Assembly (NCBI RefSeq): GCF_037042905.1
Contig: NW_026974151.1
Coordinates: 248,001 to 312,000, forward strand
Length of the DNA: 64,000 nucleotides
Direction: 5' to 3'
Source: Lytechinus pictus
Taxonomy: Eukaryota
The notes under the pieces are model-generated. The model had not been told where the DNA came from and searched no databases. It saw only the letters and a list, made by a program, of their open reading frames with translations. Below are positions 1 to 13,081 of the stretch, piece by piece (within the stretch, counting starts at the first letter, position 1; the number at the start of each line of letters is the position of its first letter). The translations under genes and the position numbers were made by a program.

Positions 1-298
1 ACAAGCGTTAACTGTTCAGTTATTTTGACTGATATTGTAGGGCCTACATTGTACTAACTGTACCTTACATGTATATTTGATATCAATTTTTCGTTTTTTA
101 AATTATCTGAAGACTAGTAATTTAAAGCTAAATCCAAACTGATATGGGAAATTCTTGACTTCTCGATTTGACATCACAAACACAAATGCAATGTACATAG
201 GATATGCATTTCTGTATATATAACAGCATGGTCATTGGTTAGGAGATTTTATTATATTAGGAATGGCATTGAATTTCGTATAAATTTGTATAAAAAAT

Positions 299-2025
299 GA
301 AGTTTCAGTCAGGTTCTATCCAATCTAGTACTCAAGCTTATCTTTTTTGTTATTTTGATATCAGGTGACGATGATGGATACTGACTCTGATATGGAACCT
401 GATAAACCTTCAAGAAAACGTAAACATTGCACTGTAAGTTGTCAGAATATCCTCAGAATTGTTAATTTGCACAGTGATCAACTTCACGAGTGATATGCTT
501 TTCAATTTTCAAATTTCAAAAATAAAATCTCAATTCATTTCCATATGTAAATATCACCTTACCTTTTCATGAAATGACCGATGTGCATAAAATTAAAGGT
601 ACATTAAATCATAAAATTCCCCCCCCCCCGGTCAATGGCTATTCATCCTTCAAAATACATGTGTACATTAGCCCAGGCTATATATATGTATGGGTAAAAT
701 TGATATAGCTATGTCTATATATATTCTAAACTGTTCAAGTTTAAATTCTTTCACAAGCAAAGTTTGTGTGCTGCAGAATAAAAAATAATCAATTTTAACT
801 TTTGAAGTGTAATACAGTACAAATACAATGCAATACAAACAAAAATAAAAGTGTGTAGAAATTTACTGCTCTATGCTGACTCATAACAAAATTGAAGTGT
901 TTTTTTATTATTGTGGAGGGAATCTGAGTACAAAATATCATCTGACCATGACTTAATTAAATGCATATAGTATAATTTTGCCACTTAATAATTAAAAGAA
1001 GATATAGACCTTAATTTGCCAGAATTCCTCTCAAAATACATTTGTGCAAGACTTTGCTACATGTGAGCTATAAACTTAGCTTGAGTCATACTTGCATAGG
1101 TCAAACCATTTTTTAATCGTTTAGGAAAAACACGTGCTACACCATGTAGTTACTTCGCATAAGTCGAATTTTGCCAAAGTCGAAGTGATTAGCTCGGTAG
1201 AGAACACAAAGTTAACTCGTTCTTTACGGCAAGCTGCACATCAAGTACTGAGGCATATATGAACAAATGGCTCTATTGTGAGTTCTGTGGTAAGTGAAAT
1301 TTGTTGCAGGTCAACTTGTGATGTACTTCTAAAATAAAGGAAGATGCCTTTTTTTCAAACACAGGTTGAGACACACACAGCGGATGAGCTCAAGTCAGCG
1401 AATGGTCTTGGGGCATCTCCATCATCATCAAATGTACAGGAAGGGTCCTCTCAAAGGAAGAAACATAATTTGGTATGTCTATAATTGTGTGTTGTATAGG
1501 GAAACTACATGTATGCATTTCAAAATGTTAACCCAAGCAACATCCTACAAGCTTTGAAAGTTAATGTGTTTAATAATGAAATTTGTTTGTATTAGAGTCA
1601 TCACTTTTAAACATGGATGACAATTTTAGCTGATTTGTACAACAGGAAATAGTTTAAACTAATAAAATAAAATCTTTTATGTTTTTCAATAAATGATAAA
1701 CATATTAATGCATTTTCCATGTCCTGTATATCAGCATGATGATTTGTTTCAAGATTTTGTTATATCAGGAATATTCAAGACATTAATTTCATGTAAGTTT
1801 GTAATAAACATTGAAAGTTTCAGTCAGGTTCTATGCAAGCTAGTACTCAAGCTTATCTTTTTTGTTATTTTGATATCAGGTGACGATGATGGATACTGAC
1901 TCTGATATGGAACCTGATAAACCTTCAAGAAAACGTAAACATTGCACTGTAAGTTGTCAGAATATCCTCAGAATTGTTATTTTGCTCAGTGACTAACTTC
2001 ACGAGTGATGTGCTGTTCAATTTTG
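299..2025 (+). repeat. Direct duplication (~299-510 and ~1814-2025) containing an identical 69-nt exon
   Basis: GAAGTTTCAGTCAGGTTCTAT...TCAGGTGACGATGATGGATACTGAC...CACTGTAAGTTGTCAGAATATCCTCAG occurs twice, 1515 bp apart. Confidence 0.9.
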
Positions 2026-3595
2026 TCTCAAAATGATGAATTGATAATAATAGGGCTTCTTATAAACTGAACATTGTACATGTATATAAATTCTGATACT
2101 TATGGTGCTAAGTATTATTCCCCCGGCTATTCCCGGGTACCCATATGAGCACACATGGCAAACAAGGAATAACTTTCTGCCACCTGATTATAATTTGAGA
2201 ATCTGATCCGCTAAGCCACGAAGCTCCTACTCAATATTTTAAACCTTTGCATTTCAGCAACAATTTAAATTTTGATGCCATAATATCAAGTTCATTTTTC
2301 TTGAAATTTTTACATCTTTAGTATGTAATATCAAATATGGAACAATTTTCAGGTAATAAGATTGAGGTCAAAGGTCATTTCAGGTCAATGAACTTGGATA
2401 AAACGTATGCTAATATTAAATTTTTGAAATTTCATCGTAATTTCAAAAGTATATATGTTCATTATGTAATATAGACATACATGGTCAGTGACTCTTTTCT
2501 CAAGACATGTGCTTTTAAGAAAATGGTGAGATACATGTATGTCCATGTCACAAAGTCAAGAATGCTTCCATAATGAGTTGTGTTAATTACTGAACAATGA
2601 TTAATTGCAGGACGTAGCAGATATTCTGAGGAGAGATCAAGATGGAGAACGTATCATCAAAGAACTGACGAGTGGAAAGGTATCCCTCAAGACTAGATGC
2701 AAGATGGTCCGCATTCTGGTTTCAGATCTCATAGTAAATCACGGCACACAGTAAGTTGCATTTTTTTTTTGTAATTGTCACTACTGGCACCAATCAAATC
2801 AAAGAAGAATAATCCCAAAGAGGTATTACAGTTTTTTTTTCTAATTTCAACCAATTGTTGGAATTGTATTAAATTCTGTCTTTACCCAAAATTATTTTTG
2901 GATATGTGAAAGAGGAGGTGCAATTCAATATTCCATTCTACCAACATGGAGAAGGAAAAAAAGTGGGTCAATAAGTAAAGACATAAATCATATTTAATAT
3001 TTTAGAATAAAACAATAATCAAGTCGGAAAGAAAAAGACTAAACTTTCTTTAGTTCTCAGGATCCAAATCTGTTCACAGATCAAAAACTATTTTTTACTC
3101 AAAGATGCACTTTAAATTATTCATCTTGTTTCCGAAATTATTAAATGGCTTTTTTTTAATCTTGAATGCAAAGTTGAATTCAATCAAATTTATACGGTAA
3201 AAGCACATTTACCCAAATACTTATTGAAACAATTGTATGGCTCATAGGTGTAAATATCAGAACTATAACTTTCTCTGCCAGCCATATCATGCATGGGTAA
3301 TATCAGATCAACCTACAGTAATTTAAATGTAAGAGTGAACTAAGTTTGGATTTGGCTCATTTCATATTAAGCCCTTCTACAGATGTAAAAATTGGACTGG
3401 CATGGTCAATAGTGACTCAGTTTCCCACGTTACGAGATCAAGAGGGGGAAGGATACGTAAGTATTTTATTATTTATTTATGAGATCAGCATGGTTTGCTT
3501 TTGGGCAATCGGTAATGAAATTCCATGTTCTATGTATTTTTTTGTCATTTGATAAAGAAATAACTGATTTCTCCTTTCTGGCCTGGGATATATTG

Positions 3596-3663
<68 letters not shown>

Positions 3664-3815
3664 GTTGGCTGCCAAGTTTCATTGAATGGAAGTCAGCTCA
3701 CCCTGATTTCCAATCGAAGAAGTAGTTGCACAGATTAGATTTGGACAATTTTATTGAATTACCAACAAATATTCAAATGCCACATGCTAAATATTTAAAC
3801 CAGTGTTTAATCCTT

Positions 3816-3846
<31 letters not shown>

Positions 3847-6800
3847 GGAAGAAAATTGTATCATTGCCCAACAGGTGTAGTTGTAATTTTCAAAGTTTTC
3901 TCTATTCTATTTGTTTTATTGTTGTAGTTATATTTTGCTGACCTATAGCATATAAGTCTGACCTGCTGGAATGGGTAGCAGTTAGGCCTACATTCCTAAT
4001 TAAATCTTTAATTACATTTCAGAAATGCCAGACTTGAGGCTGGCTCTGAATAGCATTTAACAAAACAAAAGAAAAGCTATATAAGGCTAGGGCCAAATCC
4101 GGCTACTGTGAAAATTAGAATTTATTTGGAAAATTGTAATGTAGTTGAATGCAATTAGGAACGCAATTGCTACCTATCCCAGCTGACCTGCATGCCAATT
4201 TGCCAACTTCGTGACCTGTAATTATGCTTATTACAAGTACCAACTATAACATGCAGCACTGTTAAGGTTATAGGGCTGGCAATTTATATACTTTGCTTGA
4301 AATTGGAGAACCACTTTTATTTCAAGTTTATGATTATAAAGGAAAAAAAAAAGTTGTATAATATCAATGTATTGGCTTCCAGTACATGATTCCCTTCCCC
4401 CCCTCCACTTTGTTTAGGAGGCCTTTTTTACTAAAAGTAGGGATAGGCATTCAGCTACAGGCTATATTGAGGAACGCCTTAGAAATGTGAGAAAAAGAAT
4501 GCCCAAACAAGCCAGCACCATGAAGGATCAACCCACAGATCAAGGAAGCGGTGAACCTCCCGCTGAAGACAAGGGTAAGAATAAGATTGAAACATGTATT
4601 AAGTATTCAAAAACTATACATGCCCTAAATGATTCGTTTGCATGTCGTTTTCCCCACATTGCTCTCAAATAGATTTGCCAGAATTCAGCAAATCTATGAA
4701 CCATCTATGATCTGTTCCTTCACCTCACTCTTATCTTATGTAAACAACATAAGCTTAACAACCACCACTGGTGAAGAGGGGATCGAGGTACTGTTCCACT
4801 GAGCTGCATTGCATCCAGTGCTACCACACTTGGGGATCTCCCCATTGCATGGACTGGAACTATTCCCCCCCCCCCCCCTCTCGATCTCTCTAGCATGTAC
4901 TAGAAAACCATATTTTCTTTATTTTGAATGGACTTTTTCCCCTTCAAAATTCAAAGTGGATGTCCATTCCTTCCTTTATCATAATACATCAACTTATTAA
5001 AATCTTAGGTATTTAGTTTATTCTTAACGATTTGTCACAGGCAGAGATCTGTATCATGGTCTTACATAATACAACAGCTGACATTGTCATGTTAAACCTT
5101 GGGTTGACTCTGAGGCTTGCCACAGAGGATTAAATTCTAGCCTGATAGGAAATAAATGTTGGGAAAAGAGATCGCAATCCTATCAAACGAGAGGTTTGAA
5201 TATCGGGTGCATAACCCACTTGGTCCATATGAAAGTTGGGATCGGTGAATCCACATGTATAAGCTTTGTACACCTAGGATTTATACACATTGACTTATTT
5301 TCACTACAACATAAGGCTGCATGAATATAGGCTTCACAACTTATCAATCAACAATTGGGGGGGGGAGTGAAGAAACGTATGGTTTAGTCTTTAGAGGTCA
5401 CGGTCAACATAATCCACGATAGTATGATTATTTGTGAATCCTTGTCCCTCCCCATTATTTTTAAAATTAACAAGCTTGTAGAGTCTGATCTTTGTTTATT
5501 TTCTTTCATGTCAGATTCAACCATTTCAGAAGACGAAGCTGCTGAAATGTGTCGCTGGCTTCAGCACAACGTGCAGCCAGTGAAAACCGTACAAGACTAT
5601 ATGGCAGCAACATCCCAGAAACGTATCAGGGACATCCGTTTGGAAAAAACATCACTTGTGACAATCTTCAAGACGTGGCCCCGGTTGCTCGACAGCCCTG
5701 CAGGAGTATGTTTTGTTTGATTTTTCCATCTAATCTACAACAACATGTATAAGTGTTCTGATATTTACACTATGGGGAAATAAGCCCACCGCACACTATA
5801 TGATCGACTGCGATCCGATTTTGTAAATTAATCCCAATAGCATTGAATGTAGGCATATAAACAAATGAAATCTACCCGATTCAGGTTCTGAACAATAATA
5901 TGAATACTCAGCATAGGAATTTGGTGTGATGTCTACCTTATGTCTAGAATAAGAGCAAAATCAGTTTCAAATCGTAGACAATCGCATGACTGCTCTGACG
6001 TCACTACGATTTGGAACCGATTTGGCCTTTCCTCTGACTAGAATACTAGTGATAGGCCATAATTTTGATTTCACTATCTATATCGCTATTCAGAACCTCA
6101 ATTCAACATATTTTCTGTGTTTAACTGTTTCTATCTAATGCTATTACACTTTCTTCCAAAATCAGATCGCAGACCGATCGGAGAGTGTGTGGTGGGCTTA
6201 GGTATGCTAAAGATAAGATGTTCAAAATGTCAGATCATGAGCCCTTTTCATATAGCTTATTATCAATAAAAAATGCAAAATTGGGTTTTTTGCTTGAGAT
6301 TTACTGGGTAAATTTTTAATTATATATAAAAAAATTATGTTTTTCATAGATTTACCTGCAAATATGTAACGGGGTCTGTAGAATATAATTTTCAATGAAA
6401 AAAAAATATTATTTCAATATGAAATGCTGATGATTTGAAAGTACATGTGTATTATAAATGCTGCACACATGTTCCAATTTAACCATCACAGGAACCAGAA
6501 AAAAAAGTAAGTCATGTACAGTTTGGAGCGCATTCTCAACCGAGTCATGGGTCCCAGATGACGATATGAATGTTAACTCTGCACAATGAAATGTAATTTG
6601 AAAATGAAATTTCAGTGAAAATTGTAAAGAAAACATTTTCATGTACATGTATAGCCAATTGATTTAGTATAGAATGAAAACCATCACCTTCCCATGTGGG
6701 GAAATTTGGCATCTCTTCAGACATTTTGTTTTTACCTTCCCTTTTACCTATTATTTATACTATAGATAGGACTTTGTTTGGAAAAGGAGTGGCTGAAAGC

Positions 6801-9060
6801 CTGTCTATGAAATGGACAGAAGAAATGGCGAAAAAGATCAAACAGTATGCCCAGATGCAAAGAAGCAGCCCATTACTGGAGGAGCTTTGTGCAGGCATCG
6901 ACACTGGTAAATAGTCCTGATTTTTTTTTGTCTTTCTAAAAGTCCTAGTCAAGACTTTTCGCACCATATGAAATGTATGAAGACTGCCTCTACGCAAACT
7001 AGGCCTGTGCCATGTAAAATTTCAAGAAAGAAGCCTCCCTTTAAAAAAAAGGTAATATTTTCTTCTCTAAGATATCCCCCATGTTTAATACCTCAGTCAA
7101 TTTACGCTACTGCGCCTGTGCGGTGGTCGTAGAATTAAAAATCGAGTGATTCCTGCAGTTGCCGTAAAACTTTTATGGTGGGTTATACTATAGTGTATTT
7201 TAATCACTACAGTCGCTGTATATAGAAAATAAGACGATAGATGTGTTGCCAATTCCTCATTATAATCTCCTTGCTTTAACAGGTAGTGTAATTGTGCCCC
7301 TTAGTAGTCTCAGATTTACCGTACGGCCAGGGTTCTCACCAGGATTTTCATTAACCATGGTGGAAATGTAATGTTCAGCATGTAGGAAAAATTTGCGCAT
7401 GGTGGATTTACACATGGTGTTGTTTTACTTTGGTACATTTAGTGCACACAAAGAGTGTTAAAAAGCACTTTTATTCTAAAATGTACACATGGTGGCATAA
7501 GTGGTTCTGAAATTTACGCATGGTGGCCCTGCCATGTGTAAAGGCCCTGGCGAGAACCATGCATACGGCCATCCTTGGGCAGCCTTGAAATATCCTTTGT
7601 AAAAACAAAAAGTATGAGGGCCGCAAGGATGCCCTAGAGTGACTACGCATCTCACTTGAAAAAGGCTGTAGGGCAGCCAAAGTTTTTCTGTCTCCATGAA
7701 TTAAAAATATACTGCGGCAAATGTGACTGTGAGGGGAAAAGGTCATAGAAATACTGCAGTGGCCGTAGAATTTCTACTGACCATAGAATTGTAAGGCTAT
7801 GCGGCCACCTTAGCAGAATGTGACTGATCTATCAAGGTAAATGAAAATGCATACATACTTATATCACATTTCAGGTAATCCACAGAGTGCACTGCACCTA
7901 CTGCCACTGTTCCTGCCACCAGGAAGAACAACAAACAAACATGGAAAATGTCGCATATCAAGTAGTGAGGAGGCTTTGAGGTCTTTCATAGATGTCCAAC
8001 CAGTAAGTTAATAGCAATAGTGTTGGTTACAGCCTTGCACTGATTTTGAGTTTACAGTTACGGCCTCCTCCCCCTTTATATTGTTGAAGGCGTATTATTG
8101 TCACGTTTCATGGAGACTGACACAATTAAGTGCTTAGTCCTAAGAAGCCCCTCCCCCACCCCGGGGGGGGGGGGCTAGGTGCAAGGTAAAATTGTCAAGG
8201 GTAAATATGTCAAGTGGTTTTATTTAGGGTTACCTCTGACATTTTTACATTGTACCGGGCCATAATGCCCCCTCCCTTACCTCCCCCCCCCCCGACAAAT
8301 CTTCCACCGCTCCATGTTTGCTTTACCCGAAGATGTAGCTCTATTACAAGTATTGCCAGTGCCTACACAGTATATGGTCAGCAAATGATAATCCACTCCC
8401 AATGAAAGCTGACGCCCTAGCGACTTAAGGGTTTATTTTTAAGTTCCATAGCTATTTAGTAACTTTAGAGTCGATGTCTGCATCGAAAATTAGTTGGTAA
8501 TTTGCACTACCTGCTATGGGAGATTTGATCAATACTTTCATTATTGCACAATTGGACAGGTCCAGTGTTAAAACCTCAGCAAGATCATTTCTGCTTCTTG
8601 CGCTGAATGTGCGGTTTAGTTAAACTCCCATAATAACTGCATGGGCTTGTTGATCTAGCTGCAATTTGTCGTCTCCTTTTCTTGCCTTTAATTTTCTGTA
8701 TTTACCATGATTTTCCTCATGCAGATTGGAACGAACTTGCCCTCCTATCTTGGTGAGGTGCTAGAGGCAGGGGATCGCCCACAGCCCTACGTTCTCATTC
8801 TTGGAGGAAGACTCCAACCATCTGAAAGTTTTGTGGTAATTGAAGGACATTCAATCAAGACACAGTCTGTACTTGCTGCCGTTGATGTGTGCTTCAAAGC
8901 ATTGTATACTCTGGACATTAACTACCAGCGACAATGTGCAACTTCCTGGGAATTCCTCCAGAAGTATGTGTACGGCATCAAGGATGGAAAGGGAAAAGAG
9001 ATGACCTCTCCAGGGGTTCGCAGCCTGAGGGCCTTTCTGGACAATGTTCCATCATGTTGA
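365..9060 (+). CDS. Multi-exon accessory protein of transposon A (SAMD3-like C-terminus), 5'-partial, possibly frameshifted
   Basis: AG/GT-bounded exons 365-433, 1365-1472, 1880-1948, 2611-2750, 3372-3456, 4418-4574, 5515-5705, ~6766-6906, 7875-8002, 8725-9060(TGA). Peptides align with the element B protein: GYIEERLRNVRK vs GFIQYRLKNVRT; WPRLLD vs FPRYQD; VDVCFKALYTLDINY vs FDKLFKCFFIFGVTY. Phases join except at 5705/6766. Confidence 0.8.
3599..3663. repeat. (TA)n(GA)n microsatellite
   Basis: Directly visible dinucleotide runs. Confidence 0.95.
5783..6198. mobile_element. Palindromic MITE
   Basis: TA|AGCCCACCGCACAC...GTGTGTGGTGGGCT|TA. Inverted similarity continues inward (CGATCCGATTTTG / CAAAATCAGATCG). 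Confidence 0.75.
7328..7561. mobile_element. hAT-like MITE, nested in an older inverted-repeat element (~7093-7827)
   Basis: CAGGGTTCTCACCAGG...CCTGGCGAGAACCATG, with 8-bp TSD CGTACGGC/CATACGGC (7 of 8 match). Confidence 0.7.
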
Positions 9061-9426
9061 AAGTGAGGACTAACAGCTGTTAGTTTATACATTCCTCACA
9101 ATACCAGTCACCAATGTAATTTCAATTTAATGTTCGAAAATGTATTCAAATGTCATGAGTAAATATATAAAACTCACTAGAATTTTGATACTGTGGTCAT
9201 GTTTTGAAATCTGCAAGATAGCTCATCGGTCCGAATGGGCCATATTAGTTTATCATCGATGGGCTTATAAAACCTTGTGTCTAAGAAAGCCAAATGTTCA
9301 GGAAAGTAAAAAAAAATACATGGCTGCCAAAGCACTATGAGCAATGGGATTGCCTTCCCTTTGACAAGCCACATTGGCTTCATTTTTGGAGTAAGAGAGC
9401 TGGGATTTGGTCAGGACATCACTTAA

Positions 9427-10020
9427 AGGGGAATCCAACCCAAATAAAAACCTGTTTTTATAAGGGCAAGAAAATCAGACAAGTTGATTGGTGAAAGTTT
9501 GAACAATATTGGACAAACAACAAGAAAGTTATGAATTTTCAAAAGTTGTAAACATTGGTAATCACTATACCCATGGAGATTTCAAATTGGCCACATATGG
9601 GATGTCATAGTGATGTAAGGCAAGGACTACTCTTCCATGTACTCCAATACATATTTTGGCTAAAATGTCATTTTTCTCAAAAGTTCTATTTCAAATTATA
9701 TTTTTCTTTCATGAGGAGATAAAACAATATACTACCTGGGTTATATTTAGATTACTTCTCCAAGGGAATGGGTACTTAGGAGAAAACCACAAATCCCTGA
9801 TAATAAAGTACATGACCTATGTGAAAGTTGTCCTTGCCCCTTGTCATTATTTACTTACCCAGTTGCCAATTTGAAATCTACACAGCATCAGTGATCTCAA
9901 TTTTAAAGCAGCTATAACTTTCTTATTGCTTGTCCGATTTCTTTCAAACTTTTACAATTCTGTTTAATTTATTTTTCTCCTTCCCTACACAACATTTTAT
10001 TACCAAGGCTGGATTCCCCT
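9427..10020. mobile_element. TTAA-flanked MITE (Kolobok/T2-like)
   Basis: TTAA|AGGGGAATCCAACC...GGCTGGATTCCCCT|TTAA, with long imperfect internal inverted arms. Confidence 0.8.
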
Positions 10021-11552
10021 TTAAATGTTTATCTCAAGATTAATACAGAAAAATAAATTTGAGATACAAGGTTTTATTAGCCCACCGACACCCACCGACG
10101 TTTTGCTGTGGCATGGCATCCGTCGTCTGGCATCTGTCGTCCTTATGATTTGATTAATACATGTACGGTATTTCTAAGTGCTGCACACATATACTGATTG
10201 AACCATCCCAGGATGTGTCTTTCATACATAGCAGCTGTTGTATATAAACTGGGCATATTCCAAACAGATGATGATGTTACCTAGATTTCATTTGCAACTT
10301 CGAAATATAAGTTTGTTTTTTTTTGAAAGAGGAATTTCATATATTATGACCTTATTTTGTTCATAGATTGTGAATAATTTGAAGATCCAAATGAAAATAT
10401 GTTTTATATTATTTGAAAATCTAAATACTCGTCTTTAAAGGGAGTGTCAGCCTTTTTAAAATGCACAAATTTAAAGTTGTTGAATACATTATGCAGGATA
10501 AAATCCAATTATTTGAAAGCTCATCTGATATAGAAAGAAAAATAAATCAGTGCCTTTTTAAAAGGCAGAAATTATTTCTTGCATTTTGTCCATATTCAAC
10601 AATTTTACTATCTTCACTTTAAGATTTGGACGACTTTTGCAGAAGTTTTGCTGGATAAAATGTTTGCATATTTAGCAAATTGATATTAGTGTTCAATGAT
10701 AAGATTATAACTTTTTGAAAGGTGAATGGTCATTTAGTGTTCCTGAGATATTTTAAAAAGTTCAATGTTTGGATACAATACTGTACATAAAAGAGAATTG
10801 TGTCAGTGATGATTCATTTTCAAATTTTTAAGTTTGCATTACTTTCTCTAGGAGTGTATAGAAATGCACTAAAACTGAATGTTTATTATACATTACCCTA
10901 AACCCCCATGCTCTCCCCAGGCTTTCTTTGGCCAATGAAAGATTTTTAACTGAACATTGTCCTTTGTCATATAAAAAAGATATACCTGTCCCCTGATTTC
11001 ACAGTAACAATAGGGAACTATTACCTCCTCGAAATTGCATTTCAAATACTGAGTTTCACACATTTTGTATGTTCCCGACAACGAAGCTCATCATCTGGTA
11101 TATTGTATGGGTTAGTCAAAGTACTGAGAGAACATACATGTAGCTTCAATTTGCCACAAAAACTCTGTTGAGCCTGAAGATAAATTGTGTGCATCAAAAA
11201 TTATCGGCTGTCTGATTTGTAGTGTAGTATGAAATAGGCAAATTTATTCTACCGTTTTCACTAAACATATCGTTTTATCCCTTATAATCGCTTATCATTT
11301 GTTTACGTGAAGATGTTCATCTCTTGGAGAACGTAACTGATTGTTCCTCCATCACATGATCGTGTTTATCCAATCACCGATTGGTATTCGACCTGCACAT
11401 GTGATATAACACTGTTGCACATCTCTCGGAATTAGTTCAGTTATTACAATAGAATTTAGTTTTATGCCTTGAATTTAATCATTGATAATGCATTCTGGAA
11501 TTAATCCAATTATACTGGAATTGAATTTTGTGTCTCCAATGTAATGTTTATA

Positions 11553-12153
11553 CTAGGTGCGAAAAAAATCGACACTTTGGTTTGTTGATAACTCGTAACT
11601 TATAGACTGAGATTTTCAAAGTGTAAAATTGAAGGACGTAAACTTTATTTGGACCAAGTTTTGTGAGATATTCTTCATTGATATTCTGAAAATAATGCTC
11701 TGAATTTTTAAGTCGGTTCTACCTTTTTGAAAAATTGAGAGCACAAATTCTGTGTGTTTCAGTAATTAATTCAGAACACAACAATTGTCATTGTGTATGG
11801 CAAATTCTTCCTGCCTTTTGCTTTCCTGTGTCATAAATGATTCATGACTCTTGGCTAAAAGGATGCTCTGGAATTTCAGCTGCATTAAGCATTGCACAAT
11901 GGTCATTGTTGTGCCTTTAATTACTAATACACAGATTTTTTGGCAATGATTTTTCACAAAATGAAAATCTAATTAAATATTCAGCACATTATTTTAGGAA
12001 TATTACTGAAGCAATCGTCACAAAAGTTATTCCAAATAAATTTTCATCCTTCAATTATACCCTTTGAGAATCTCAGTCCGAAATGTGTTATAACTTTTGA
12101 GTTATTAACAAACAAAAGTGTCAAATGTTTTTTTTGGTTTTTTTTTAACCTAG
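11553..12153. mobile_element. TA-flanked Tc1/mariner-like MITE
   Basis: TA|CTAGGT...GACACTTTGGTTTGTTGATAACTC and GAGTTATTAACAAACAAAAGTGTC...ACCTAG|TA. Confidence 0.7.
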
Positions 12154-13081
12154 TATATAATCATTCTGTATTTTATATTGTGCCATTGTCAGATTGAAAA
12201 CACACAAGAAGTGAGAAAATGTACTTTTCAATTGAATTAGAATATGCGTTATGTTGCTCTGCCATGGTGGAAATTTTTTATTTAATTCAATTCAATTTTT
12301 ATTCAATGAAAAGAATTTTGTAAAATAAAAGATTCCAGTTACATCACATTTAAGTGTGCAAAGTTTGTTGTAATGTGGACTGTCCTTAAGATGGCGTCAC
12401 ACAGTCCCGATGTTGACACCCGATGGGCACACGTTTATGAAATTTTCAGAATCTAGCTATCAGGAAAGTGCTCCAGAAGGCTGAAAAACACTCTTAAGAG
12501 GTCGTACGATGTCTTTAACACTCCCAAGTGAATGTGACATTCTCCATAATCATGTGTGAATCGGGAATCAAAATCGGGAGTATGTGACGCCTGCATTAAG
12601 AAATGACCACGTGGCTTGGTCGGAAGAAATGACCATGTTGTGTGGTCGGATGAAATGATCATTAGTATGCGGGGTCAATTTATGCAGAAATTACCAGGCA
12701 ATCGTGGTTAGATTTTGACCACATTCGGGGTCGAAATGCAACCACGCTATGTGGTTATTTTAGGTGACCCCGCATGACGGGGTCAATATGACCACACATG
12801 GGGTTTGTGCATAGTTGATCCCGCTTGCGGGGTCATTTGTAACCCCGTTTGAGGTTATTTTTGACCACGCATTTTTAAGAGTGTACTATTTCCCGACTTC
12901 CATGTCCGTTTCTCAATAAATTGGCAATGTTTTGTATGACTCAGGGTACCGTCTCCCTGAATATACATTTTACATTTATAATAATAATAAGCATTAATTT
13001 ATATAGCGCAGCTTTTATATGGATATATTCAGCTGCGCTTGTTCAGAGCTCTTTTTACTTATGTCTACACAGCATATTTTC

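Larger units (their letters stand above)
1..12883 (+). mobile_element. CACTA/EnSpm-type DNA transposon A, 3' part (left end and transposase lie outside the window)
   Basis: Ends ...GACCACGCATTTTTAAGAGTG|TA at 12883 (reverse complement CACTCTTAAAAATGCGTGGTC), the same CACTCT terminus and flanking TA as element B. Subterminal GACCAC/GTGGTY/GGGGTC motifs fill 12600-12870. Carries a spliced gene homologous to the accessory gene of element B. Confidence 0.8.
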
